Below are positions 1 through 9,441 of a DNA stretch of 21,296 nucleotides, in pieces. The stretch is from Verrucomicrobiota bacterium (GTDB lineage: Bacteria > Verrucomicrobiota > Verrucomicrobiia > Limisphaerales > J093). Numbering within the stretch: position 1 is the stretch's first letter; each line of letters opens with the position of its first letter. Location of the stretch: contig VHCO01000141.1 in NCBI GenBank assembly GCA_016871715.1, positions 1 to 21,296 on the forward strand. Direction: 5' to 3'. Both the position numbers and the translations under genes were made by a program. The notes beneath the pieces were generated by a model that had not been told where the DNA came from, did no database searches, and worked only from the letters and a program-made list of their open reading frames with translations.

Positions 1-1311
1 TCATCAGTAACCGGGCGGACCGCCGCCAAGGCAGAAAAGCTGGCGTTCGGTGCGGATGAAGAAGTGGCCCTGCGAGATAGCCGGTGAAGCCTGGCACTTT
101 TCGCCCAAGGGATTGCGGGCCAGGATCTGGAACTGCGGTCCGGCGGCGACCACGACGGTTTCACCGGCCTCGTTCAACAGGTACAGGCGACCCTCGGCAA
201 ACACGGGCGACGCCGAGTAGTTACCCCCCACGCGTTCTTGGTAGACCTCCGAACCGTCGTTCGCCGCGAAACAGGTCAGCACCCCGCCGTCCGTCACCGC
301 GTAAAGTCGGGACTGCACGAACAGGGGGGAAGCCTGCGTGGGCACACCGCGGCGCTGTTCCCAGGCGATGTGCGTGTCCGTCACCTCGCCTGCGCCGCCG
401 ATCCGGATACCGCGTAGCGTGGTCTTCTCGAAGCCGGACGCGGTGAACGCCAACCCCTCGCCGACCACCGGGGTCGGCACCAGGCCTTCGCCCTGGCAGT
501 AAACGGTCCAGAGCCGCTCGCCGCTGCGCAGGTCGAAGCATTGCACCGCATCTCCCGCGACACTCAAAAGCCGATCCACACCCTCCTCCCGGAAAACCAC
601 CGGCGTCGCATGGGCAATGCGCGAGCGGCCGCGGCGCCCGGTCCAAACCCGGCGCCCGGTTTCGCAGTCCAGGGCGACAATCTGCGCGCGGTCCCAAGGG
701 ATCTGCCAGCCGAGTCGTTCCTCATCCGAGTTGTTCGGCCACTGACCCGGCTCCTTGACTCGGTTGCTGCCGTCGAAGGGCATAATCACCAGGCCCTGGT
801 AGACGATGGGCGAAGCCCCCAACCCGTGCCGGCTGTAGTACTCCACCTCCCGATGGGTCCAAACCACGCGTCCGGCGAAATCCAATGCCGCCATCTTGCC
901 GTCGGCCGCGACCACATAGACACGGCGACCGTCGGTGACGGGAGTGGCCGTGGCGTGGGAGTTCTTGCGTTCCTTGCGTTGCGGTGTCGCCTCGAACACC
1001 GTCCGGTCCCAGAGCACCTGGCCCGTGCGCCGGTCCAGGTCCAACACCTGGAACCGGCCGCCGTCCTCGGTGGCGGTGGTGACAAACACGTGGTCGTCCC
1101 AGACAATAGGCGAGGACCAACCCTCGCCGGGAATGGCCGACTTCCACACGACGTTCGATGTCGGGCTCCAGGCCAGGGGCAGGTTCTCCTCGATCGAGAT
1201 GCCCTGGCCAGTGGGCCCGCGGAACTGCGGCCAGTTCTCGGCCTGCGTCAGGAGCATCGAACTTGCCGCCGCGCTCAGCGCGGCCGGGATCAAGCAGCAC
1301 TGCAGTCTCAT
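1..1311 (-). CDS. Secreted PQQ-like beta-propeller repeat protein (BamB-like family), 435 aa
   Basis: Minus-strand ORF 4..1311 with TGA stop at 1-3 and ATG at 1309-1311. The N-terminus MRLQCCLIPAALSAAASSMLLTQA looks like a signal peptide and is followed by ENWPQFRGPTGQG, typical of PQQ-propeller proteins from Planctomycetes and Verrucomicrobia. Repeated ...G-x-V/L-W... propeller blades appear throughout (VVWKS, QVLWDR, RVVWTH, RRVWTG, ERLWTV). GC3 is high and coding-like, whereas the opposite-strand ORF is low-complexity. Confidence 0.7.
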
Positions 1312-1412
1312 GGCCGCTCATGTAAACCACGGCGCCGGCCCAGCACAAGTCGGATCGCGTCGGATCGGTTTGTCGCCAGGCTAAGCAGTCAGGGCCCGCG
1401 CCGAAGCAAGCC

Positions 1413-4400
1413 TCACGGCGCGCCGGATGTCACCACTCGATAATAACGCGCGCGCGCAACGCCCGCGGTGGGATCGGTGACTCGGACCTCATCAGTGGCA
1501 GCCTGGATCGGTAGTTCCACCAGGTTCCGCCAAACCCCATCAGTCAAAGAGTCGCGGTACTGGATCAGGTACGATCGGCTGGGCGCGGTCCTGAAGAGCA
1601 GGCCGAAGCGGCCGCCGTCGAAACCGGCGCTGAGGATTCGCAACCCGCTGGCCCAGTCGAGCGGATGCGTGCCGGCCGCCTGCTCCTGGAGGTTGGTCAG
1701 GCCGTCCCGGTCCGGGTCGGCCGCGGGAGCGCCCTCGGGACGATCCAAGGAGCCGAAGTAAAGCAGCTCCCAATCGTCCCACAACCCGTCCGCATCACGG
1801 TCCTCCGACCCGGTGCTGCCGTCGTTGTCGCGCCCGGCCGTCGGGTCCGCCACGCGCCAGTTGGTCGGCTCGTTCCCGTAAGCGCTGCCCGCCCTGCGCT
1901 GGAGCGATCGGCCGGTGCCGCTGGCACCCGCGGGCCAGGGCGCGCGGTTGGTGTATCGGACCCGCTCGACCAAGAGATAGGGGACCTCGCCCGAGGCCGG
2001 GAGCGGCGGACCGGGCTGCAGAAGCTCGATGGTGTCGTCCGCGTCGCCCAGCTTGCCGGCATACGGGCCGAGGATCGTCACACCGTCAGGGACGGCGTAC
2101 CGGCTGCGGAAGTCGGTCAGTTGACCCGGGTTCGCCCCCGGGCTGAAGTTGACCAGCAGCAGGCAGCCCCCGCGAGCGAGGGTCAAGTTCCCGGGGAAAT
2201 CGAAGCTGAGCCCGCCGCGCAGACGCCATGTGTTCGTCGGCGACGTAGGATCGTACAGGAGCACCGCATCAGCCGTGACGTTGCGCAGTTCGAGGAACTC
2301 ATCCACGATGTTGTCGGCGCCGCCGCTGCCCGCGCCGCTGGGCGGGTGAAACATGAGCTCGTTGAGGACCACGGGGCCGAGGTGCGGACTCGCGTTGGGT
2401 GCGCCCCGGCCGGTGCGGAATTCTTCGACGGTGGCCGGCCAGTCCCGCCCGAACGTCTGGCGACTCAGCGCCACGAAGTCCGCCCCCGCGCTGGTGGGTA
2501 CACGCCCCATGGACGTACCGAGCGCGGCTGCATCGAAGGCGGCGTGAGCGCGCCGGCCGGTCAGTCGACCCGCCAGATCCGCGGCGGCGAGCCAAACCTC
2601 ACCGCTGCGATAGGGATCGAGGGCGAGGGGCGCCAGCGCGCCCGGCCCGGTTTCCCATTCCGATTCATACACGACGAGGAACCCGTGAGCGGGAACCGCC
2701 GCCTCCGCCGGCAGGCGATACTTCTGAAAGTTTGCCGGTGAATCGCTCAAGAACCAGCCACCCACCGGTTGGTCGTCGTTGGTCGGATTGTGCAGCTCGA
2801 TGGCACGTTCGAGGGGCGGCTGAGCATGCGTGAGCACCTCGTTGATCGCCACACCCTCGAGGGGCAAGTAATTGCTCGCCCCAGGAGTGGCGGTCACTGG
2901 GAACCGGACCACCGGACCGCTCCCGCCATCGGGCAAGCGCCCCTCGGACACGCCGGCTTGCTGCGCGCCGAACGTCACGCCGTCGATCCGGATGCCGTCA
3001 GCCGAGAAGAGCCCGATCGACTCCCCCGCAGCGGCCAGCTTGAAGCCCACGTGGTCCGCGCCGCTCTCCGGCGCACCGTCGGCCCAGAACCGGACCAAGC
3101 CACGAGGGCCGGTGGCCAGGAACGAAAGCGGGCGGATCTCGAACTGGTTGCGCCGGTTCAGATCGTCCGTCAGGAAGAGGCCGCCCAAGGCGACGGGCTG
3201 CGCGTTGGGATTGTACAGCTCGAACCAGTCCTCCCCGGTCGCAGGGCTGGCCATCCACTCGTTGACCCGCACCGCGGCAACGTCCCCCAGCGCCGCCTCG
3301 AGATTCGCCGCGCCCGGTGTGGGTAGCACCAGTCCCCACGACCCGAAGCCGTCCGGCGTCCGGCCGATCGCAAAATCGGAGGCTTGAAGTCCATAATTCA
3401 GGGAATCGAGTAAGCCGCCGCCCGCGGCCAGGCGATCGAACAGGTAGACCCCACCGCCCTGGGCGTTGAGCCCAAAGCCCGTGTTGGCGGCCGAGACCGG
3501 CTGGCGACGATCGCACTCGATCACAAGCCAACCTCCCGCCGGCAGGACGGTCCCGGCAGGAAACACCCAGCGGCGCGGGCTGGCGAGATCGTCGGTCAGA
3601 CTGCAGTCATCGAGATCCACCGGATCCGGACTGGGGTTGAATAGCTCGACCCAGTCGGGGGTGGCCCCGGCGCGATTGGTGAGCGTAGCGTTGCCGGCCA
3701 GCACTTCGTTGAGCAAGACCGGGATGGTCTCGAGGTTGAAATTGGTGCGGGTCAGACTGGCCTCGAGCGCCAGGCCGAACACGATGTCGCTGCTGCCCGA
3801 GCTGGTCTGGTGGACCTCGGCCGCCAAGAGGTTCTCGCCGCGGCGCAAGGCCTCCGTCGGCAAATCGACTGGACCTTCGTAGGTTGCATTCCCCACCGTC
3901 CGCGAGGCCCGCGTCGAATCCGTGATCTCCCCGCTAGGCAGCCCCAACCGCCAGACCTCGACCCCGTTGAGGTACAAGACCACCCCGTCATCCACCACCG
4001 CCCGCGCCGCCAGCTTGACGCCGGCGGTGTTGGTGGGGAAGTCGAACCGGGTCCGGAAATAGTACGTGATCTGGCCCAGATCGAGGGGGGTGTTCTTCGG
4101 GGCTGGCAAGGAACTGCTCTCGACGTACAGCAGCGCCGGCCCCGCGGGCCAGGCGCCATCGTCGAAGGCGGCGCTCGACCACCCCGCCCCCGGGTCGCCA
4201 GTCTGCCAGTAGTTCCAAGAATTGGTCATGCTCACCAGCTCGAAGGTCGACGTCGAAGTGCCGCCGCCGCCAATCGTCCCGGGGTTCACCCCACCGGGAG
4301 TGGGTTGGGAGAAAAGGGCAAACTGCAGGCCGCCGTTCGGCGTGCGTCCTTGCGAGACATCCGGCCGTTGCGGCCCGTAAACGACCCAGTCGATCGCCTC

Positions 4401-7400
4401 GAGCTCCGGCCCCAACAAGGCCAACAAGCCCTCCTCCGCCGCCAAAGAGAACCCCAGGTGGTCCGCCCCTCTGTCAGGCCGGCCGTCGGCCTGGAACAGG
4501 GCGAAGCCGCCAGGCGCAATGTAACTCAAGGGAGCGATGCGATGCTGCGCCGGATCGCCGATCGGGTTATCGGTCAGATAGAGCCCGCCCAGCGACACGG
4601 GCAAGGTGTCCGAGTTGTACAACTCGACGAAATCGTCCCGGAACACCGCGCGGGTACTCGCCAGCCATTCATTGAGCCGCAGCCGGCTCGCCTCACCCGT
4701 CGGCTGAGACACGTTGGCCGCGCCGAAGGTCGGGCGCGTCAAGGCCCATTGCCCCGCACGCCCCACGCGGCCGACCGAGAGGTCCGGCAGTTGCCGGCCG
4801 AACACGACCGCATCCAGCAACGCCCCGCCCCGGTCGGCGCGATCGAACAGGTAGAGCCCCTCGCCGCTCTGATTAAGCGCAAAACCCAAGTGCAGTCCCG
4901 GCGCGGCCAGGTCGGCGTCGGCGTACACCACCAGGTACCCTTCCGCCGCGAGGATGGTGCCCGGCGGAAACGTAAAGCGATGGGGCCGGTCGGGGGCGGT
5001 TGTCAGGCCCAAACCGCTCAGGTCGTGGGCGACCGGGCTGTCGTTGTACAACTCGACCAAGTCGGGGTAGTCCTCGCCGTGGAGCACGGCCTGATCGTTC
5101 TTGGCCAGCAGCTCGTTGAGCCGCAACGCGCGGTAACCCGTGTCCACCGTCCACACGGCCGAGAGCGTCGCCGGCACCGGCTGGGGTTGACCCACCGGAG
5201 CCTCCGCCTCGCCCGGCGGCGCCAGCGAGCTCACCTGCCACACTCCGGCGGAGTTCTTGCCGATGACCTCGACGCGATACACCCCGTTGGTCAGCCCCTC
5301 GATCGCCAACGGTACCGACACCGGCTGCTCCTCGCTCAGCGCCGTGCGCGCAAACTCGGTCACCGGCGCCCCTGGCGTGACGGGCGGCGCGGCGGTCCAG
5401 ACCGAGTAGCGATAGTGCGTCACGCCTGGGCCAGCGACCGTCAACAGCGCGTTGGTCCGCCAGGTGGTTGGCGGCGGTTCACCGGCGACCGATGCCCCCG
5501 CCGGCACCAAAGCGCCGCGATCGATCCCGTTGGGGCCCGTGCCCTGAGCCGGCGAGCCGGGACGCAACCGATAGGCTTCACGGATGTTCTGCCATGTAAC
5601 CTGGTTGGTGAGGACCAGCCGCGGATCGACCCGCCAATCGTTCGTGCTCCGCACGGCAGCGTCGGGTCCGCTGAGCACATTGCCTTCGCTGGTCAGGTCC
5701 AAGGTGCCCCACTCCGGATCGTTCACGTACGCCGCCAAGAAGTTGGTGGGCGTGTGCCAGAGAATGTTGCCGCGAAACACCCCCCCCTGCGCCGGAGTGA
5801 CCCCGTCCGAACGCCGTCCCGGTTCGTCCAAGAGAAACCCCGCCTTCGGCAACCCCACCGCCGTGTTGTTCTCGAGCAGGTAGAAGTTGCCTTCTTTGGC
5901 CATGGCCATGTGCTCGGAGTCGTAAAAGAGATTGCGCACGATCGTGATCCGCGACGTGCGCGAGCCGGACTTGCCACCCGAGATCGCGGCGGAGGTGTCC
6001 ACGGGCGACACGGTCTGAACCGTCTTCAGAAAGACGTTGCCCTCGACGTGAGCATCGGTGCCGTCCAAATCCAGGAAATCGTCGCCCGTCCGCGTGAAAA
6101 CGTTGTCGTGCACCTGCAAGATCGCTCCCGGCCGCTGGCCGCCCGTGAAATCGATCGTGTCGTTGTAGCCACTGGTCTCCCCAAACCAGCATCCTTCGAC
6201 AATCCCATACCCCGCCGCCGGCAAACCGCTGCCGTGGATGAGTTCTTCGTCGAGCAAAGTTGGAAACACGCAGTGGCGAATGTGGAAGCTGGCGGCGCGC
6301 AGATCCACGTACTGCGCCGTCGTGTCGGCAAAGGTACACTGCTCCAAAAGCAGCGTCCCATCGTCCACCCGCACGTTGTAGCCGCCCATGCCGGCGCCGG
6401 AGAAATCCACATTCCCAAACCAGCCCTGGGCCGTCGCGCCCGCCACCAACACACCACCCCAAGCGCCGCCCGACCCTGGGAGGGTGGCGAACCGGATCCG
6501 GCGCCCGTCGGTTCCCAGCGCGGCAAGCCGGCCGTTCACCGTGAGATTAGCTCCCGCCGCAAGAAACACCGTCACGCCCGGCTCGAGCGTGAGCGTGCGG
6601 CCTGCCGGCACGGTGAGCGGACTCGTTACATAGTACGGCCCCTGCGGGGCGGACCAAGTCGTGTCCTCCGCCAGCGGGCCAGACACCTCCGTGCTCGCGC
6701 CGGTGTCCCGCCACACATCGGCACTCGCCCGCTCGCGCTCGCGCCCAGCCACGTCGAACGACTGGACCAGCACCCGGTTGATGCCCGGCCACAACGCCAC
6801 GTCCGCCGCCGTCCACGTCCCCTCCCAAGCGCTCCAGGCGGCCGGTTGCCCGTTCACTCGCACGGCGCGCGTCTCGACCACGTCCGCCATACCGGTCAGG
6901 GTGACCTGCGCATTGGTCGTGTAGGGATAGCCGCTCACCAAGGTCAGCCCCGGCTGGATCGCCAACCCGCGCGGAATCTGGGAAGCCACCCAAGCACGGC
7001 GCAGCCCAGCGAAATCTTTGATGCTCTCGAGCACGGTCTCCGGCACCAACCCGCGCAGGGTCTGGTCGACCAGTGGCTCGAAGGTGTCCGGCGCGCCGAC
7101 CGTTTCGAGCAGGCGCACGAGCGTGGCATAGTAAACGGGCGCGAACTCAGGATGCTTGACCAACCGATCGAGCACCGGGTTGGCTGCCATCCGGAACAGG
7201 CTGTCCTCGACCCGACCGCGCGTGTCGCCCTGGTTGAAGATCGTGTCCAAATCGTACGGCAAGACCCGAAAGCGCGGGTCCAAGACGCCTCGATACAAGA
7301 AGAAGTCGTCCCCCTCGCCATCCCCGTTGTTCCCGTTGGCGAGGTTGGTTTCCTTGTTGTCGGCCAGCGTCTCGAGCGCGAAATACAACATCCACGCCTC

Positions 7401-9098
7401 GACGTCCACCACCCGCCGCACCGCTGCCGCATACTCGACCTCCGCAGCCTCATCCAACACGCGCGTCAACTCGATGAGATCGGACCAGTCGTCCTCGCTG
7501 GTATTGGTGCGCTTGAAGTAGTTCTCCCGGTAAGGAGCCGCATCCTCGCCCTCGTAGTGCAAATCGGCGCCCGGCGCGCGCAGCCGAATCCCGCGGTACA
7601 TGTTCCCCGAGCTGTCCCGGGGATAGGTGCGCGCCGCAAACTCGCTGTTGAGCACCTCCGCGCACACATACAACCCGTAAGAAGGCGAGCCGCTCGTGGC
7701 TAAATTGGCGTTGTTCACCCGCACCTGCACCGGGCGCGCCGAGCCGGCCGGCAGGCCCGCCCGCCGGTACCAGGCGCTGCCCAACAACTGGGCGTGCGTG
7801 TACTGCGTGTTTAAATTGATCGCCGACACCCGCTTCCAGAGCTGGTCGCTCCGGAAACTCACGCGGTAGCTCTGCGGCGACCGCGTCCGACTCCCATTGC
7901 CGCGGTTGCGCACGTCGGCCAGATAGCGCAATTCGCTCCCTTGCCCGTCAACGCTGATGAAGGTGGCGTTCATCTGGGCATGGCTGCGGCTCTGGTCGCT
8001 GGTCGCGTACGGCGCGGGTGGATTGCGCTCGTTGATCTGCCGGAGCTCCGCCAGGTCGGCCCCCTTCAGCACCAGCCGATGGATGGGCAGCGTTCCCGCG
8101 TAAAGAGCGTCATCCACCTGGTAGAGCAAATTCGCCGCCTGCGCCGGTTCGCCGTCCCGCCAGGCTGGCGCCGGGTAAGTCCGCCCCTGGCCCACCCCAT
8201 CCTCCGCCTCGAAGTAGAACTCGACGACCGTATCCTTGGGCGCCGGCGGCAGCCACGCCCCATAGACCCCGTCCGCAGCCGCGCCGTCGCCGTGCTCGCC
8301 ATCGTCCCACATCGGCGCGGTTTCATACTCGGGCGCCTCATCCACCCGGTAGTGCACCCGCACCGTCAGACCCGTACCCGCCTCGTCGAGGACTCGCGCC
8401 GTGACCGCTACCGGATCCGTTGCCTTTGGGACCAAGGGGAAATGTGCCGCCTCGAGAATGAACGGGGCCACGTTGGCGCGCGCGACCGAGTTGGGTTGGC
8501 CCGGCGTGCCGCCGCTCACTTCGCTGGCCGCCCAATTCTGGCCGTACACGTTGGGCAGCGCCGGTTGAATCAACTCGATCGACCGGCCACCGCCGTCGGC
8601 GGCGCTAGCCCAACCCCATCCGCGATGCCCGGCGTCGATCGGCCCCAACTCGCGCCGCGCCCAGTCGCCTTCGTCCGCATATCGAATGGCGTTCACGCGG
8701 TCGCCGCGCGCATCCACCAGCTCGAGCAATTGCCCGCTGTTGCTAAGGATGCCGTCCCAACCACCCACGAAATTCGTCACCGTGGGATGGTTGGTCCGGA
8801 AATTATCGAGATCGGCCGCCACGGCCAAATACTCGCCCGCTGGCAAACTCACGGCGGGGAAAGTGAACCGCACCCCCGTCGTGAACCGCCAACCCGTCAG
8901 ATCCACCGCAGTCGCGCCTGCATTGTAGAGCTCGATGTACTCCTCCCGCGTGTCCTCACTCGCCGGCCGATACATCAACTCGCTGATCAACACCTGCCCC
9001 AACCCAAAGGCCGCCCCCGGACCTAACGCAAACCACCCGAGCAAAACCCAGTACCAGCGCATCCCGCTCCAACCCGACCGCAGCCATTTCGTCCTCAT
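1413..9098 (-). CDS. Giant secreted multidomain protein (~2560 aa): signal peptide, ~7 lamin-tail domains, CotH kinase-like domain, right-handed beta-helix, C-terminal TSP3-like Ca-binding motifs plus beta-sandwich
   Basis: Single uninterrupted minus ORF 1413..9149. The tracked start is TTG at 9149. I prefer ATG at 9096-9098 (MRTKWLRSGWSGMRWYWVLLGWFALGPGAAFG, a signal-peptide-like N-terminus); ATG at 9107 is an alternative. LTD signatures recur about seven times: LISELMY..EYIELYN..DLTGW, LRLNELLA..DLVELYN, LRLNEWLA..DFVELYN, VLLNEVLA..DWVELFN, VRVNEWMA..DWFELYN, VAINEVLT..IELHN, VVLNELMF..FLELRN. The CotH family region is YRVSFRSDQLWKRVSAINLNTQY...GLYVCAEV...WMLYFALETLADN...PYDLDTIFNQGD. The beta-helix-like region is NDTIDFTGG...VHDNVFTRTGDDFLDLDG...VEGNVF...IVRNLFYDS. 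The C-terminal motifs are DRDADGLWDDWE and DPDRDGLTNLQE. The stop (TGA) is at 1413-1415. Confidence 0.8.
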   Translation of the reverse strand: MRTKWLRSGWSGMRWYWVLLGWFALGPGAAFGLGQVLISELMYRPASEDTREEYIELYNAGATAVDLTGWRFTTGVRFTFPAVSLPAGEYLAVAADLDNFRTNHPTVTNFVGGWDGILSNSGQLLELVDARGDRVNAIRYADEGDWARRELGPIDAGHRGWGWASAADGGGRSIELIQPALPNVYGQNWAASEVSGGTPGQPNSVARANVAPFILEAAHFPLVPKATDPVAVTARVLDEAGTGLTVRVHYRVDEAPEYETAPMWDDGEHGDGAAADGVYGAWLPPAPKDTVVEFYFEAEDGVGQGRTYPAPAWRDGEPAQAANLLYQVDDALYAGTLPIHRLVLKGADLAELRQINERNPPAPYATSDQSRSHAQMNATFISVDGQGSELRYLADVRNRGNGSRTRSPQSYRVSFRSDQLWKRVSAINLNTQYTHAQLLGSAWYRRAGLPAGSARPVQVRVNNANLATSGSPSYGLYVCAEVLNSEFAARTYPRDSSGNMYRGIRLRAPGADLHYEGEDAAPYRENYFKRTNTSEDDWSDLIELTRVLDEAAEVEYAAAVRRVVDVEAWMLYFALETLADNKETNLANGNNGDGEGDDFFLYRGVLDPRFRVLPYDLDTIFNQGDTRGRVEDSLFRMAANPVLDRLVKHPEFAPVYYATLVRLLETVGAPDTFEPLVDQTLRGLVPETVLESIKDFAGLRRAWVASQIPRGLAIQPGLTLVSGYPYTTNAQVTLTGMADVVETRAVRVNGQPAAWSAWEGTWTAADVALWPGINRVLVQSFDVAGRERERASADVWRDTGASTEVSGPLAEDTTWSAPQGPYYVTSPLTVPAGRTLTLEPGVTVFLAAGANLTVNGRLAALGTDGRRIRFATLPGSGGAWGGVLVAGATAQGWFGNVDFSGAGMGGYNVRVDDGTLLLEQCTFADTTAQYVDLRAASFHIRHCVFPTLLDEELIHGSGLPAAGYGIVEGCWFGETSGYNDTIDFTGGQRPGAILQVHDNVFTRTGDDFLDLDGTDAHVEGNVFLKTVQTVSPVDTSAAISGGKSGSRTSRITIVRNLFYDSEHMAMAKEGNFYLLENNTAVGLPKAGFLLDEPGRRSDGVTPAQGGVFRGNILWHTPTNFLAAYVNDPEWGTLDLTSEGNVLSGPDAAVRSTNDWRVDPRLVLTNQVTWQNIREAYRLRPGSPAQGTGPNGIDRGALVPAGASVAGEPPPTTWRTNALLTVAGPGVTHYRYSVWTAAPPVTPGAPVTEFARTALSEEQPVSVPLAIEGLTNGVYRVEVIGKNSAGVWQVSSLAPPGEAEAPVGQPQPVPATLSAVWTVDTGYRALRLNELLAKNDQAVLHGEDYPDLVELYNDSPVAHDLSGLGLTTAPDRPHRFTFPPGTILAAEGYLVVYADADLAAPGLHLGFALNQSGEGLYLFDRADRGGALLDAVVFGRQLPDLSVGRVGRAGQWALTRPTFGAANVSQPTGEASRLRLNEWLASTRAVFRDDFVELYNSDTLPVSLGGLYLTDNPIGDPAQHRIAPLSYIAPGGFALFQADGRPDRGADHLGFSLAAEEGLLALLGPELEAIDWVVYGPQRPDVSQGRTPNGGLQFALFSQPTPGGVNPGTIGGGGTSTSTFELVSMTNSWNYWQTGDPGAGWSSAAFDDGAWPAGPALLYVESSSLPAPKNTPLDLGQITYYFRTRFDFPTNTAGVKLAARAVVDDGVVLYLNGVEVWRLGLPSGEITDSTRASRTVGNATYEGPVDLPTEALRRGENLLAAEVHQTSSGSSDIVFGLALEASLTRTNFNLETIPVLLNEVLAGNATLTNRAGATPDWVELFNPSPDPVDLDDCSLTDDLASPRRWVFPAGTVLPAGGWLVIECDRRQPVSAANTGFGLNAQGGGVYLFDRLAAGGGLLDSLNYGLQASDFAIGRTPDGFGSWGLVLPTPGAANLEAALGDVAAVRVNEWMASPATGEDWFELYNPNAQPVALGGLFLTDDLNRRNQFEIRPLSFLATGPRGLVRFWADGAPESGADHVGFKLAAAGESIGLFSADGIRIDGVTFGAQQAGVSEGRLPDGGSGPVVRFPVTATPGASNYLPLEGVAINEVLTHAQPPLERAIELHNPTNDDQPVGGWFLSDSPANFQKYRLPAEAAVPAHGFLVVYESEWETGPGALAPLALDPYRSGEVWLAAADLAGRLTGRRAHAAFDAAALGTSMGRVPTSAGADFVALSRQTFGRDWPATVEEFRTGRGAPNASPHLGPVVLNELMFHPPSGAGSGGADNIVDEFLELRNVTADAVLLYDPTSPTNTWRLRGGLSFDFPGNLTLARGGCLLLVNFSPGANPGQLTDFRSRYAVPDGVTILGPYAGKLGDADDTIELLQPGPPLPASGEVPYLLVERVRYTNRAPWPAGASGTGRSLQRRAGSAYGNEPTNWRVADPTAGRDNDGSTGSEDRDADGLWDDWELLYFGSLDRPEGAPAADPDRDGLTNLQEQAAGTHPLDWASGLRILSAGFDGGRFGLLFRTAPSRSYLIQYRDSLTDGVWRNLVELPIQAATDEVRVTDPTAGVARARYYRVVTSGAP

Positions 9099-9174
9099 GT
9101 CTGTCATTTCCAAGCCGTCAAGTGTCTCGCAGGTTTCCTGCCAACACAACTAACCGTCTTCTAGCCGCCGCCCG

Positions 9175-9184
9175 CCCCCCCCCC
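9175..9184. repeat. Homopolymeric C10 (G10 on minus strand) tract in the upstream region of the giant surface-protein gene
   Basis: A run of 10 C at 9175-9184 read directly from the sequence (cccg + cccccccccc + ggccga). It lies 77-86 nt upstream of the preferred ATG (9098) of the minus-strand giant gene. Confidence 0.85.
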
Positions 9185-9425
9185 GGCCGAGCCACCTCAT
9201 CCGCCGCCCAGCCAGGGCGCTCATACTGCCACCGGCTCAGCAGCCCGGGCAGATCCGACAGCAACAGTCTCACATAGCGACATTATGTCTCTAATTGAAT
9301 GCGTTGGCATTTGATAAAAGAGTCATAAAGTCTCGGTTATTTCAGCGCTTATCTAGTGCTTGTTGTATTCGTAACTACTTTGGTATGAACCTATTAATCG
9401 CATAGTCAAAGCACGGCTAGACGAT

Positions 9426-9441
9426 TGGCATCCAGGTAGCT
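9426..9441 (+). promoter_or_regulatory. Candidate sigma-54 (-24/-12) promoter element TGGCAT-N5-TAGCT upstream of hsp20
   Basis: TGGCATCCAGGTAGCT matches the GG-N10-GC spacing of the RpoN consensus TGGCAC-N5-TTGC with 2 mismatches. It sits ~66 nt upstream of ATG 9507. This is motif-level evidence only. Confidence 0.2.

Noticed and set aside
1391-1426. Short GC hairpin (7-bp stem, 12-nt loop) just downstream of the giant gene stop on the minus strand
   Set aside because: It is a weak stem with no U-tract. The giant gene and the PQQ gene are 100 bp apart on the same strand and may be co-transcribed, so it is not reported as a terminator.
541-1443. 300-aa plus-strand ORF overlapping the PQQ-propeller gene
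   Set aside because: It is a low-complexity R/P/A-rich antisense artefact. The minus-strand product has recognisable propeller repeats and a signal peptide.
3810-7703. 1297-aa plus-strand ORF, and other 120-180-aa ORFs, antisense to the giant LTD/CotH gene
   Set aside because: The translations are R/P/G/A-rich low complexity with no domain signatures. The opposite (minus) strand carries clear LTD, CotH and beta-helix domains. Long antisense ORFs are expected in ~67% GC DNA because stop codons are AT-rich.
9107-9149. Alternative starts for the giant gene (TTG at 9149 from the ORF track; ATG at 9107)
   Set aside because: TTG 9149 would add a non-signal-peptide-like MCWQETCETLDGLE N-terminus. 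ATG 9098 gives a classic positively charged n-region plus hydrophobic core. ATG 9107 remains possible, but the difference is 3 residues.
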